This document shows, in pieces, positions 27,117 through 40,484 of a stretch of DNA of 64,000 nucleotides. Position 1 is the stretch's first letter. Every line of letters begins with the position of its first letter. Both the position numbers and the translations under genes were made by a program. The notes beneath the pieces are model-generated. The model had not been told where the DNA came from, did not search any database, and worked only from the letters and a program-made list of their open reading frames with translations. Source of the DNA: Octopus sinensis (Eukaryota); the NCBI RefSeq assembly GCF_006345805.1, contig NC_043023.1, positions 6,510,001 through 6,574,000 on the forward strand, given 5' to 3'.

Positions 27117-28779
27117 TAAAAAAAATATATTTGTAGTTTATATTTTCGTTATATTTTTATTTTATCATATTTGTATTCATATTCTTATTTTTCTATTTAA
27201 CATGACTCATGATATATATTTTCAACTTCGATTCGTTAATAATAATAACAATAAGATAAATAGCCTGGGGACACATTGGTGGGTTTATGTATAAGGTATA
27301 GTCTTTATAAACTCCCCACCAGCGCAGAAACACGTGTAGCGCTGATTGAAAATATCTTCTTTCCCCACAGGTAAGTTATATAGATTTTTTCAAATAATTT
27401 TATTGTATTTTATAGTAGATTTTTCAAATGCTTATATTATTTTATTGGATATAACTTTCTATGTGTGTTCCATATAATAAGGTTATCCTGAAATAGGAGT
27501 TGCGGTTCTATTGGTAAAATTCCAAATTTGTAATAATATTATAAATGATACTGTTTACATTGCTTTAATAAAGTGTAAAACAGTAAATGTCCTGATAACC
27601 TGGAATACTTATTATTCCCTAAGATTTTAAAAATACTCACACACACACACACAGATATATATGTAATATTATATATATAATATATATATTATATATATAT
27701 ATATATATAATATATATAATATATAATATTATATATATTATAATATATATAATATATATTATATTATATATATACAACAGAAATACAACAGTAACAGTAA
27801 CAACAACAACATCAGCAGCAACAATAACAACTTCAACAATGGCAACAACAACAGCGACAACAAAAACAATAACAACAACAACAACGGTAGCAGCAGCACC
27901 ACCACCACCACCATCAACTACAACAACAACAACGACGACAACAACAACAACGACAGAAATAACTATACTCACAGCAATCATTATCCTCATTATCATCAGC
28001 AAGAAAAATAACAATAAAAAACTCTTATTTAATAAAAATTGCAAAAAATAAAGAGGAGATAAAGGGTTGATGCCCACACGACAAGTGCAACCATCATGCT
28101 ACGCTGTATCGATGCGTTTAGGTAATAACTTCGTCTAGTTTAAGTCAGTAACAAGGAAGGAAGAAAAACAAACAACAAAACAAAGCAAAACAAGCTGGTT
28201 GGTTTAAGGGGTTTGTTACACAGCCACGGGGTTCAGGGTTCGATGGTAACTGAAAGCCCGTCGTATATGCGTGTGTGTGTTTGTGTGTGTTTGTGTGTGT
28301 GAATTTGTGTGAGTCTTCGAGTCTATGTTTGTCCCCCATCACTGCTTATCAACCGGTGTTGGTGTGTTTTCGTCCCCGTAAATTAGCCCATGTGACCATG
28401 CTATAAAATTCTACTCCGTATGTATGTATGTATGTATGTATGTATGTATGTATGTATGTATGTATGTATTATGTATGTATGTATGTATGTATTATGTATG
28501 TATGTATGTATGTATGTATGTATGTATGCATGTATGTATGTATGTATGTATATATGTATATATGTATGTATGTATGTATGCATGTATGTATGTATGTATG
28601 TATGTCATTGTTCAGTTTTATTTCAAGATTCCTTGCCAATAGAGAAAGAGCCGGTTTCTAGCCTAGATTCAAGGCTCCTTCATTGGAATTTCAACATCAA
28701 CAACAGGGTATATGTGCGTGTGTATGTATGCATGCATGTATGTATACACGCATACATATATGTGTGTATGTATGTGTTT

Positions 28780-28833
<54 letters not shown>

Positions 28834-29060
28834 CATCCACTGAGTTTCGGTCTACCAAATTCTTCGCAAGGCTTTGGTCGGCCTGGGGTTAAAAGACATG
28901 CCAATGGTGCCACACAGTGGGATTGAACCAGAAACCTTATGGTTTCGAAGCAAGCCTCTTAATCACACAACCAGGCGTGTGACATAAAACAGCAAATGTT
29001 TTAACTGACATGCTCAAAGCTGAAAGTAACTAAGGAACAGAAACAACCACACAAAAAACA

Positions 29061-29097
<37 letters not shown>

Positions 29098-29954
29098 AAT
29101 GAAAGAACATTCGAGGTTTATGAAAACCCGTCAGTAACTGATTTTCAACAGATGCAGTGGACCAGTATGAATGTCCGGATCCTAGATGTGCGACGAGATT
29201 TTTAGCCACTTCGTAATAGACAGCACAGTTAACAAACAAATACACAATGGACGTAATAATTTCTTGTATGTTTTAAATAGCTAATGAATCTTCCTTGATG
29301 TTGTAGCATGGTCTAGATTTGAAACCGCGCTAACTCAGTAACGAGAAATTGGCCGCAGCATATCAGGCGATTTGCTCAGAATTTTGACCAATAATATTCC
29401 AGCTGTAGTCATATGATCAATGGAATTTTCTATGATTTTCCTACAAAAATATAGTCATAAATATAGAAGCGCCAGACAGTCGGTGCAGAGATTGGGAGAG
29501 CTCCCAGAGAAGACAGACGAACAGGCTTCTTGGTCGATGTTCAATTAGCGAATCTACTTCTAGCATTAGGGTTGTCCACATAGTGGTCATCCCTCTCATA
29601 TGTATGTAATACAATTTACTGAACCTCAGTTTTTTTAGTATGCTAGACCACTGGTGTTAAATTGGTGTTATCAAATTAATATCCAATTTTTCACCCTCAT
29701 TTTAATTTTAATTATATATATATATATATATATGAATAAAAAATGGAGTTAACATGTGTCGAAAGTAAAAATACTTGTTTAAACCTGCGTTAACTCCATT
29801 TTTTATTCATATTATTCAAAATATTCAACGTAAACACGAAGTTTCAACCTTTATAACAAGGAGTTACAACACCTTTACTTGTGAGATGTTTGCTGCCCTG
29901 GTAACTATTTATTTATTTTTCCGTGTTAATTGTTAACAAGGTAAAAATACACTC

Positions 29955-29999
<45 letters not shown>

Positions 30000-30445
30000 C
30001 ATACACACACATCTGTGTGAGTATGGAGTGTGTTTGTATGTGTACACACCGCACACACATCTAATTTGCAACCTATTTCCCGAAAGAAATTTACTGATTA
30101 AAAACAATACTGTTTGGTACGATGAGATAGAATCAAAGCAAGATACATGAGTTATTTGGTGCTTAGACAGTTAGAGAAGCAAACAAATGAATAAAGAAAC
30201 AAACAAAGTAAGAAATAGGGCAGTTTGCGTATTGTTTGGTTTCGACGAAGTAAACAGATTAGACAAACATGGCCGCCCGCCCGTCTTTGTGTGTCGTCTG
30301 CTTCAGTGAAACGGACAAAAACAAATCATCGCACGTAATTTGCATGAGGGGTTAATAAACATGCTCAGGTTTTGAAGGAAGATATGTTATATTTCGTTTT
30401 TGTTCAGGCAACTGGAACATGCAAATAGCAGACACCAGTTTATAC

Positions 30446-30529
30446 CTTGAAGTCTTCTAGTTCGTCCTCAATGTTAAATATGTCCACGCTTGAGGCGTTG
30501 CTGATCAAGTCATCTTCAATGAAGTCAAT
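30446..30529 (-). CDS. 84-bp internal coding exon
   Basis: ggacag|ATT GAC TTC...TTC AAG|gtataa, phase 0/0, IDFIEDDLISNASSVDIFNIEDELEDFK. Confidence 0.75.
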
Positions 30530-30711
30530 CTGTCCACACACACAATATATTTATAACAGCAATACATAATACATATATTTATCGTATTTACTTGTGTATA
30601 TGTCGTATTTGTGTATAAGCTGCACCCCTAATTTAGTGTTAATTCTTGGTACAAAATTTTTATCCTTTCATAATTTTAGCTCTCCACCGTGTTTAAGTCA
30701 CTTCCCGTAAA

Positions 30712-31120
30712 GGCGCGTGGTTCAGTGGCTGGGATATTTGGCCTACGATCGTCAGGTCGTGGGTTCGATACTTGAGTAAAACACTTTATTTACCTTGCTC
30801 CAGGCTACACAGCTGACAAAAACGAGTAATACCTTTACTTCAAAGGACCAGCCTTGTCATCATACTATGTCACGCCGAATCTCCCTGAGAACAACGTCCA
30901 GGATACGCGTTTCTGTGGAGTGCTCAGCCAGTTGTATGTTAATTTCACGAACATAGGTGCAGGTGTGGCTGTGTGGTAAGTAGCTTGCTTACAAACCACA
31001 TGGTTCCGGGTTCATTCCCACTGCATGGCACCTTGGGCAAGTGTCTTTTACTATAGCCTCAGGCCGACCAAAGCCCTGGGAGTGGATTTGGTAGACAGAA
31101 ACTAAAAGAAGTCTGTCGTA

Positions 31121-31186
<66 letters not shown>

Positions 31187-31303
31187 GTGTGTGTGTGTGT
31201 ATAAGTCTGTGTGTCTGTGTTTGCCCCCCCCCAAAATCGCTTGACAACCGATGCTGGTGTGTTTATGTCCCCATAACTTAGCGGTTCGGACAAAAGAGAC
31301 CGA
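30712..31303 (+). mobile_element. SINE C (30712-30955) followed by truncated SINE A (30955-31303)
   Basis: Similarity to other copies in the window. Confidence 0.75.
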
Positions 31304-31358
31304 TATATACATATATTTATATATATATGTATATATATATACATACAATATATATTAT

Positions 31359-31393
<35 letters not shown>

Positions 31394-31406
31394 CATAAAT
31401 ACATAC

Positions 31407-31460
<54 letters not shown>

Positions 31461-31798
31461 GTAATTATACATACATACATATATATATTATGTGTGGTGT
31501 GTGTGAAGATAATTTAAAATATGAAAACTATGGAAAGAAAGTTTTTTTTTGTTAAATATCTAGAAATAATTTGGAACAATTTCGTTAAGTAAAAATAATT
31601 GGGATAAAAAAAAAAAAAGAAAATGGAGAAACTGAAAACATAAATGAAACGAAATAAAAGTAAGAATATATTTTTTTTTAGATGGATAAACGGAATAGAA
31701 ACCACTGAAGAGCAAATTGTAGTTCTCGAATTTGGAGGGAAAAAGACGAGGGAGTAAAAGATCACGTGATCAGTTAACGAGAAATATCGATACTTTAC

Positions 31799-32092
31799 CT
31801 GGATTTTTGCTGGAAGCGAGTCTGACCCTCCGTCGACGGCATCTTGCTTTGTCGCTTTCTCTTCTGCTGTTTCGGCTTTCTTGGACTCCTGAGCCAGTGT
31901 GTTCAGCGCAACTTGCTCTTGATCGCCAGTTTTGTTAATCACAGGCTCGGCCGAATTGTTAGAGTAGGGGATGCTTTCTGCTGGTACTGAACCGCCATTG
32001 GCTGGAATTGATTCCTCGGCAGGAGCGGGTGCTGGCGGGGGTGTCTCCTCCTTGGTTTGTTTGGGGGGAGTCTTCTTCTTGAAGAACGGCAT
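31799..32092 (-). CDS. 294-bp coding exon (MPFFKKKTPP...DSLPAKIQ); ATG sits directly at the acceptor
   Basis: ttaccag|ATG CCG...ATC CAG|gtaaag, phase 0/0, 98 codons of non-repetitive Pro/Glu/Lys/Ala-rich peptide. Confidence 0.85.
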
Positions 32093-32119
32093 CTGGTAAT
32101 AATAATAATAATCATAATG

Positions 32120-32180
<61 letters not shown>

Positions 32181-32184
32181 TAAT

Positions 32185-32510
32185 ATTGGAGAAACTTTCA
32201 AAATACAAAGACCTGGAAATAGAGGTAACCAGAATGTGGAATCTAAAAACAGAACCAATCCTATCATAGTAGGTGCATTAGGCATGATAAAAAAAATATT
32301 CAGACAAATACATAACAAAAACACCAGGACTTACAAACACATATAACATACAGAAAATTGCACTACTAGGCACTGCACACATCCTACGCAGAACACTTTC
32401 CATACAATAACCATCAGAGCATCACAACAAATCACAGCACATACCTAAGGTACACAGAGCTGCGCTCGGTAGTGAAGTGAAAGCATGCTATAAAAATAAA
32501 ACTACTGAAT
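32185..32510 (+). mobile_element. Dong/R4-clade non-LTR retrotransposon 3' fragment inserted in (TAA)n
   Basis: EKLSKYKDLEIEVTRMWNLK..PIIVGALG..IQKIALLGTAHILRRTL* (restriction-like endonuclease C-terminus), TAA repeats on both sides; short second piece at 33920-33970. Confidence 0.8.
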
Positions 32511-32551
32511 AATGATAATAATAATAATGATGATAATAATAATAATAATAA

Positions 32552-32931
32552 CTAGCAGTATCGCCCGGAGTTGCTCAGGTTTGTAAGGGAAATAACTATA
32601 AAGCATTTTTAGAGAGTTATAGCCAAAAAATAGCAAAAAAATGGAAAAAAATGATGGTAAATCTTTTTTGAGAGTTAAAGAAGGTCGAGTTGCGTCCCCT
32701 AGACAGTCTGTGGTTTGGGTTTCTGATTCTCGACCCCATGTCGAATTTATCGATTTTTTTCAGAACTGGGGGAACTTTTCAAAATTTTCGCTGCGTAGTT
32801 TTGAATTATGACATTGGGCTGTGTGTGTCAAGTTTCATCAGAATCGGTGAAAGCCGTGGTCAGGGTGAGAGTACAACCAAACAGACACACAGAAACACAC
32901 ACAGACAAACTGCCGTTTATATAGAGAGAGA
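32552..32931 (-). mobile_element. Non-autonomous Helitron-like element
   Basis: Minus strand starts TC, ends with a CC(T/C)GAGCAAC(T/G)CCGGG hairpin then CTAG, inserted in A|T; shares its 3' end with 40814-41220. Confidence 0.65.
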
Positions 32932-32938
32932 TAATAAT

Positions 32939-32975
<37 letters not shown>

Positions 32976-33241
32976 GTATTATTAATAAATTCTTGAAAAG
33001 TACATGGAACAAACTGCTTAAATGCTCGAATACTCCGGATGGTGCTCAGAAAATAAGGGGTGTTACCTTAGTTCACTGGTAGTGAACAGCTGACACCGTA
33101 GTATATGTCCAGCGTTAGAAGCTGTGCAAAGGCAATAGAATAATAGATGCATGTGCTTGGTGTACCCTTATCAGACGGGTATACTGGGTTTCGTATATTT
33201 TACCCCAGTGTCACTTTGATGGCATGTACTACTGCTCTTTC

Positions 33242-33319
<78 letters not shown>

Positions 33320-33329
33320 GATGATGATG

Positions 33330-33372
<43 letters not shown>

Positions 33373-33383
33373 TAATAATAATG

Positions 33384-33432
<49 letters not shown>

Positions 33433-33463
33433 TAATAATAATGATAATAATAATAATAATAAC

Positions 33464-33495
<32 letters not shown>

Positions 33496-33500
33496 TGATG

Positions 33501-33549
<49 letters not shown>

Positions 33550-33593
33550 TGATAATAATAATAATAATGATAATAATAATAATAATAATAATG

Positions 33594-33634
<41 letters not shown>

Positions 33635-33641
33635 GATGATG

Positions 33642-33690
<49 letters not shown>

Positions 33691-33701
33691 TAATAATAAT
33701 G

Positions 33702-33735
<34 letters not shown>

Positions 33736-33746
33736 TAATAATAATG

Positions 33747-33785
<39 letters not shown>

Positions 33786-33844
33786 TAATAATAATAATAA
33801 CAATAATAATAATAATAATGATGATAATAATAATAATAATAATG

Positions 33845-33878
<34 letters not shown>

Positions 33879-33917
33879 TAATAATAATAATAATAATAAT
33901 AATGACGATGATGATAA
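33242..33917. repeat. ~680-bp (AAT)n/(GAT)n microsatellite
   Basis: Direct reading. Confidence 0.97.
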
Positions 33918-33970
33918 TCGGAGAAACTTTCAAAATACCAGGATCTGGAAATAGAGGTAACTCGAATGTG

Positions 33971-34086
33971 GAGCTTCGTGGAGCTTTAAGCTCAATAAAC
34001 ACACACAACGCCTGGTCTGGGAATCGAAACCGCGATCCACCGACCGCGAGTCCGCTGCCCTAACCACTGGGCCATTGCGCCTCCAC
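33971..34086 (-). mobile_element. SINE B head
   Basis: Reverse complement of the start of 13884-14065. Confidence 0.8.
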
Positions 34087-34180
34087 AATTTACATTATAC
34101 CCAGCAAAATAAGCTGAGAGTTTTTCAGGTTATAATAATGACAACAACAACAATAATAAACAGTTCAAAATTCAACGTAC

Positions 34181-34326
34181 GGTGTCGGAGTCTAAGTTGT
34201 CCTCAACCTCTGTGTCTACTGTCCAGACACCGGAATCCTCACGATCCTCTGTTTCTTTGTTGTTGTCAGCTGGTGGCCACTCACTGGTGATGAGAGGCGT
34301 TTGGTCACTGTCCTCGTGGTCGGCAG
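34181..34326 (-). CDS. 146-bp internal coding exon linking the giant exon (phase 1) to exon 32092 (phase 0)
   Basis: Strong pyrimidine tract ttctctttctctgtttccacgcag|CT GCC GAC...GAC ACC|gtacgt; (A)ADHEDSDQTPLITSEWPPADNNKETEDREDSGVWTVDTEVEDNLDSDT. Confidence 0.82.
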
Positions 34327-34392
34327 CTGCGTGGAAACAGAGAAAGAGAAGGTGAGAATGGAGCGATTGTTGTAAAAAAGGAAAAAAAACGA

Positions 34393-34502
34393 GAGCCTGT
34401 GATTAGCAAAACTGGCGATCAAGAGCAAGTTGCGCTGAACACACTGACTCAGGAGTCCAAGAAAGCCGAAACAGCAGTAGAAGAGAAAGCGACAAAGCAA
34501 GA
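34393..34502 (+). repeat. Inverted intronic copy of 107 nt of coding exon (31842-31948)
   Basis: Matches the exon sense sequence except 2 transitions and a 3-nt insertion. Confidence 0.95.
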
Positions 34503-34764
34503 CACTTAACTGTCTCTTATCGCTTGAAACATATGTAGGTTTGTTTTCTTCCTTGTATCTTAGAAGCTGTGGTGGCTGAAGTAAGACGGAGTGTGTTCAG
34601 GGTGGGTAAACAATTACGGGTATATATAATGGTCAGCAGCGACAATTAAGAGTATATATAATGGTCGGCAGCGACACAAACAGGTATGTATTGGGCTGTC
34701 CGGAAAGTTCGTGCCGAGTTGGATGTTTAGATGGTCGAGAAACTGGACACACCTTACGTTGTTC

Positions 34765-34797
<33 letters not shown>

Positions 34798-35052
34798 ATG
34801 ATGATGGGGATGGTGATGATGATGATGATGATCATCATCATCATCATCATCATCATCTTAATCATTTGTATGCATGTGCATGTGTGTGTATATATAAATG
34901 CTTTCATATATATATGTATGGATGTATGTATATGTTTATGTATGTATGTATATGTATATATATATATATATACTTGCATGTGTGCGTATGTATGTGTATG
35001 CATGTATATATGTATGCATGTAAACATATGCGCATGTATATATATACACACG

Positions 35053-35085
<33 letters not shown>

Positions 35086-35488
35086 GCATGTGTGTGTATA
35101 TATAAATGCTTTCATATATATATGTATGGATGTATGTATATGTTTATGTATGTATGTATATGTATATATATATATATATACTTGCATGTGTGCGTATGTA
35201 TGTGTATGCATGGTATATGTATGCATGTAAACATATGCGCATGTATATATATACACACGCACATATATATATATATATATATACATATATATTATATATA
35301 TACATATATAATATAATATATATATATTATATATATATATATATAATATATATATATATAATATATACATGAGATAAATTTTATTTTAATATATTTTCCC
35401 TGTGCTCATTACATGAATCAATGCCTTAAAACAATTGAAGCTGGTTGCATATTTACATAAAATTCTCAAAGCATATTCGCCTTCGTAT

Positions 35489-35532
<44 letters not shown>

Positions 35533-35607
35533 ATATTTATATATAATATATATATATATTATATTATATATATATATATATTATATATATTATATATATA
35601 TATATAA

Positions 35608-35645
<38 letters not shown>

Positions 35646-35937
35646 GTATGTATGTATGTATGTACATGCATACATATATGTCACTACAGCAGCAGAAATC
35701 ACTTGATCAGTATCTCATACGGTTCCTTCTAGCCTTATTAACTTTACTGAAATATCGAAATATATTGGCCATGTCTCAAACATCTGAGTACATAAAATAC
35801 TATTTATCTTCCGTTGCTATTATCTTTTAAATAAATAAACAGACGATTCATGTATATGTGTGTTTGTTCTATTAACAGAAATGTATTGAGCGAAGAAAAG
35901 AAATCGTTAACCTATTTTTGAAATTGTTGTGCGTCTT

Positions 35938-36503
35938 TGCGGCTGTGTGGTAAGTAGCTTGTTTACCAACCACATGGTTCCGGGTTCAGTCCCACTGCAT
36001 GGCACCTTGGGCAAGTGTCTTCTACTATAGCCTCGGGCCGACCAACGCCTTGTGAGTGGATTTGGTTGACGGAAACTGAAAGAAGCCCATCGTGTATAAT
36101 ATATATATAGGCTTAGGAGTGGCTGTGAGGTAAGTAGCTTGTTTACCAACCACATGGTTCCGGGTTCAGTCCCACTGCGTGGCACCTTGGGCAAGTGTCT
36201 TCTACTATAGCCTCGGGCCGACCAACGCCTTGTGAGTGGATTTGGTAGACGGAAACTGAAAGAAGCCCGTCGTATATATGTATATATATATATATATATG
36301 TATGTGCGCGTGTATGTTTGTATGTCTGTGTTTGTCCCCCCAACATCGCTTGACAACCGAAGCTGGTGTGTTTATGTCCCAGTCACTTAGCGGTTCGGCA
36401 AAAGAAACCGATAGAATATGTACTGGGCTTACAAAAAATAAGTCCCGTGGTCGAGTTGCTCGATTAAAGGCGGTGCTCCAGCATGACTGAAACAAGTAAA
36501 AGA

Positions 36504-36505
<2 letters not shown>
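35938..36505 (+). mobile_element. SINE A with tandemly duplicated head
   Basis: Head repeated at ~35938 and ~36110. Confidence 0.85.
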
Positions 36506-36542
<37 letters not shown>

Positions 36543-36592
36543 TATTTGTGTGTGTGTGTATGCATTATGCATGTATGCACGTATGTATAATA

Positions 36593-36845
36593 TCATCATC
36601 ATCGTTTAACGTCCGCTTTCCATGCTAGCATGGGCTGGACGGTTTGACAGAGGACTGGTGAGCAAGATGGCTGCACCAGGCTCCAGTCTTGATCTGGCAG
36701 AGTTTCTACAGCTGGATGCCCTTCCTAACGCCAACCACTCCGAGAGTGTAGTGGCTGCTTTTACGTGCAACCGGCACGAGGGTCTGACAGGCGGTACTGG
36801 CAACTGCCATGCTCAAATGGTGTTTTTTAAGTGTCACCTGCACAG
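36593..36845 (-). mobile_element. RTE-related SINE/LINE fragment with (GAT)n tail
   Basis: Minus strand GGTTGGCGTTAGGAAGGGCATCCAGCTGTAGAAA...GGACGTTAAACGATGATGATG. Confidence 0.6.
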
Positions 36846-36992
36846 GTGCACGTATATACATATGCATATATACGTATATATGTATATATACAAATACACA
36901 TATATGTATAAATGGGTATATATGTGTACACGCACACACATATGTACATACATATACATACATACATACACACACATATATGTATATGTATG

Positions 36993-37056
<64 letters not shown>

Positions 37057-37154
37057 AAATTAGAAAATGGAGAAGTGTGTGTGTGTATCCACACCACAAA
37101 TGCCCCACAATTATTGTCATCGATAATAAGATAATGATGTTTTCGACGCAATCA

Positions 37155-37168
37155 GTAGCTATGGCAAC
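37155..37168. promoter_or_regulatory. Candidate X-box (RFX site)
   Basis: GTAGCTATGGCAAC fits GTHNYY-AT-RRNAAC, in a short unique island between microsatellites. Confidence 0.3.
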
Positions 37169-37215
37169 GTCGGTCACATTTCACCAGAATGCATGCATGA
37201 GCAAAGAATTACTGG

Positions 37216-37251
<36 letters not shown>

Positions 37252-37616
37252 TAAGTAATTAAGGGTTTAGCAACGAATTGCCTCACCACACACCGAATTT
37301 AGAAATAGCAGTCAAAGAGTTATAGCTATTCTTTCTACTAAAAGGGAGATCTCAGTAAAAACACAGCACTTGAAAGGCAAACACAGACAGGTAAGAGAGA
37401 ATGAAATGACGGCAATCTATCATACAATTTTAAGTCATCCACGTACGTCCGTGGGTGACTTAAAATTGTATGATAGATTGCCGTCAGTAATTGCTAAACC
37501 CTTAATTACTTAGTATTACTTAAACTTTCCTCGAATGAGGCTTTTACATGCCGAAATCTACTTGGTGTAATTAATGATTATTCCAAATTAATTAATTTCA
37601 CCCTATATTGTTCCTG

Positions 37617-37647
<31 letters not shown>

Positions 37648-37767
37648 TACATACATATATATGTATATATTTATGTGTGTGTGTGTATATATATTTGTGC
37701 GTTTATATATATGTGTATATACATATATATATATTATATATATATATATATTATATATATATATAAT

Positions 37768-37833
<66 letters not shown>

Positions 37834-37897
37834 TACATACATATATATGTATATATTTATGTGTGTGTATATATACCTGTGCGTTTATATATATGTG

Positions 37898-37939
<42 letters not shown>

Positions 37940-37940
37940 T

Positions 37941-37977
<37 letters not shown>

Positions 37978-38716
37978 TTAGGTAAATCATAATCAAATAA
38001 GACAAAAAGGAAGACAACGGAAGTCAAAAGGACGCATCAATTGCATGTATTAGGTTGACACTGAGAGAAAGTTTAAGATGGACAAAAGAAGGGGATGTGA
38101 GATTTCGAGCGGATGGCTCTTCGTCAGAAAAAGGAAAGATGAGAGTCCTGAGAGGAGGAAAGATTATTCCAGGATTATGTACTTGTGTGTGTATGTGTGT
38201 GTTAGCTATAGGACTCAATAGACATTAGGCACATTTACACGTAGGACGCCAGAGATGGCATAGGGTTCCTCGTGAGATAAACAACCAGGAAGGTATCAGG
38301 TATTGGTAGGCTAATGTAAATATGTAAGTATCAAATTCAATTTAAACCGAAGATCCGGTTCTAGGTGCAGTGTCTTCTTTTATATACAAAAGACCACATC
38401 CATATGTCTGTCTGTCTGTCTATCCTGACACTGTGATACACGATCCCTATTGATCGTTTTTTTTCTCCTCTCCCCTTTTTTTCCTCTTTTTTCATTTTTC
38501 TTTTTCTTTTTTTTTCTTTTCCTTTTTTTTTCTTTTCCTTTTTTTTCTTTTTTTCTTTTCTTTTGTTCTTTTTTCCCTTTTACGATCCCTTTTGATCGAA
38601 AACCTACGCCAGCTTTTTTTTTCTCTCCCAAAAGAAAAGCTCTACCTTGTAACTTGTCCCATCTGTGTGCAGCCCTGTGTGGCCAATAAAGAAACTTATC
38701 TACCTACTTACCTATC

Positions 38717-38781
<65 letters not shown>

Positions 38782-38978
38782 CTCTTAAACCTTATCTGTT
38801 TCCCCCTTTACACTTCACATCATGACATTTCTGTGATATACGATCCCTAGAGATCGTTTTTATCTTTTTTTTTTACGATCAAAAACCTACCCCGCCCTAT
38901 TTTCTCCCCCAAAAGAAAAGCTCTACTTAGTAATTTGTCCCCTCTGTGTTCAGCCCTGGGTGGCTAATAAAGAAACAC

Positions 38979-39050
<72 letters not shown>

Positions 39051-40484
39051 CTCTCTCACTCTCTCTCTCTCTCTCTCTCCCTCTCTCTCTCTCTCTCCTC
39101 TCTCGCTTTCTCTCTCTACATATATGTATGTATATATGTGTATATGTATGTATGTGTTTAAGTATGTGTTCAAACAGGCGAGATGGTCGTAAGAGGAACA
39201 ACTTTAATGATAGGTCTACTCGAGTTGAGGGATGATATGAAGTTAAAAGTCACCACCCCCACCCCCACCACCACCACCACCGCCACCACCACCACCACCA
39301 CCACCACCACCAAAAATAGAGTTAATTGCTCTGTTATTTCTAACCTTATTTTGAGTCACCACATAATTATACGTTGAGTGGTTGTGATGGTAGTGGTGGC
39401 GATGGTGGTGTGGTATTGTTGTCGATTCTGTTTGCTATTTTTATAACCCTAGGTCAGTTTTGACCGAGCTGACCTACAATCACGCCCAATGGTTACACAT
39501 CGGTGACCACCTCGTCTGAAATTCGAACGTACTCTATTTTCCCAATTCGATGGTTTCTGCCCCTCCCAAGACCTTTGAGCTGACATTTCAGATGTATGCC
39601 CAACGATGTTCCAGTTGTGACCATCCTGTCTTTTATTCACGCATAGTGTATCTAGGACTACATTATCTAATGTACAGTATAGTAGTTAGTATTGGTGGCT
39701 ATAGTTGTTGATTAAGCCTCAGGTTAGATCTGAACTAGTGGATCAAAGATGTACCAGTTGTGGCCATCCCATCTTATATTCAGACATGGTGTATCTAGGA
39801 CAACACATAGACACACACACTCACACGCACACTTACACATACACACATACATACACACATGCATGCATACATACATGCATACATACATGCATGCTATATA
39901 TATGTAACTATATGCATGAGAATACACACATAAAACAAAACATACATACGTACATATATACATGTATACATTCATAATACATATATACATATATACATTC
40001 ATACATACATACATACACATATACATACATGCATACATACATACATACACACATATATACATACATACATAGATACATACATACATACATACACACATAC
40101 ATACATACATACATACATACATACATACATACATACATACATACATACATTCATACATACATACATACACACATACATACATACATACACACATACATAC
40201 ATACATTCATTCATTCATTCATTCATACATACATACATACACACACATACATACATACATACATACATACATACATACATTCATTCATACATACATACAT
40301 ACACACATACATACATACATACACACATACATACATACATACATACATACATACATACATACAGACATACATTCATACATACATACATAAATACATACAT
40401 ACATACATACATACATACATAAATACATACATACATACATACATACATACATACATACATACATACATACATACATACATACAT

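Noticed and set aside
29011-29030. Possible 20-nt micro-exon (LLSALS)
   Set aside because: Weak donor, breaks frame with the CaaX exon, no independent support
34868-35290. Local tandem duplications of microsatellite-rich blocks (also 37620-37980, 38430-38980)
   Set aside because: Low complexity and possibly assembly artefacts; no functional signal seen
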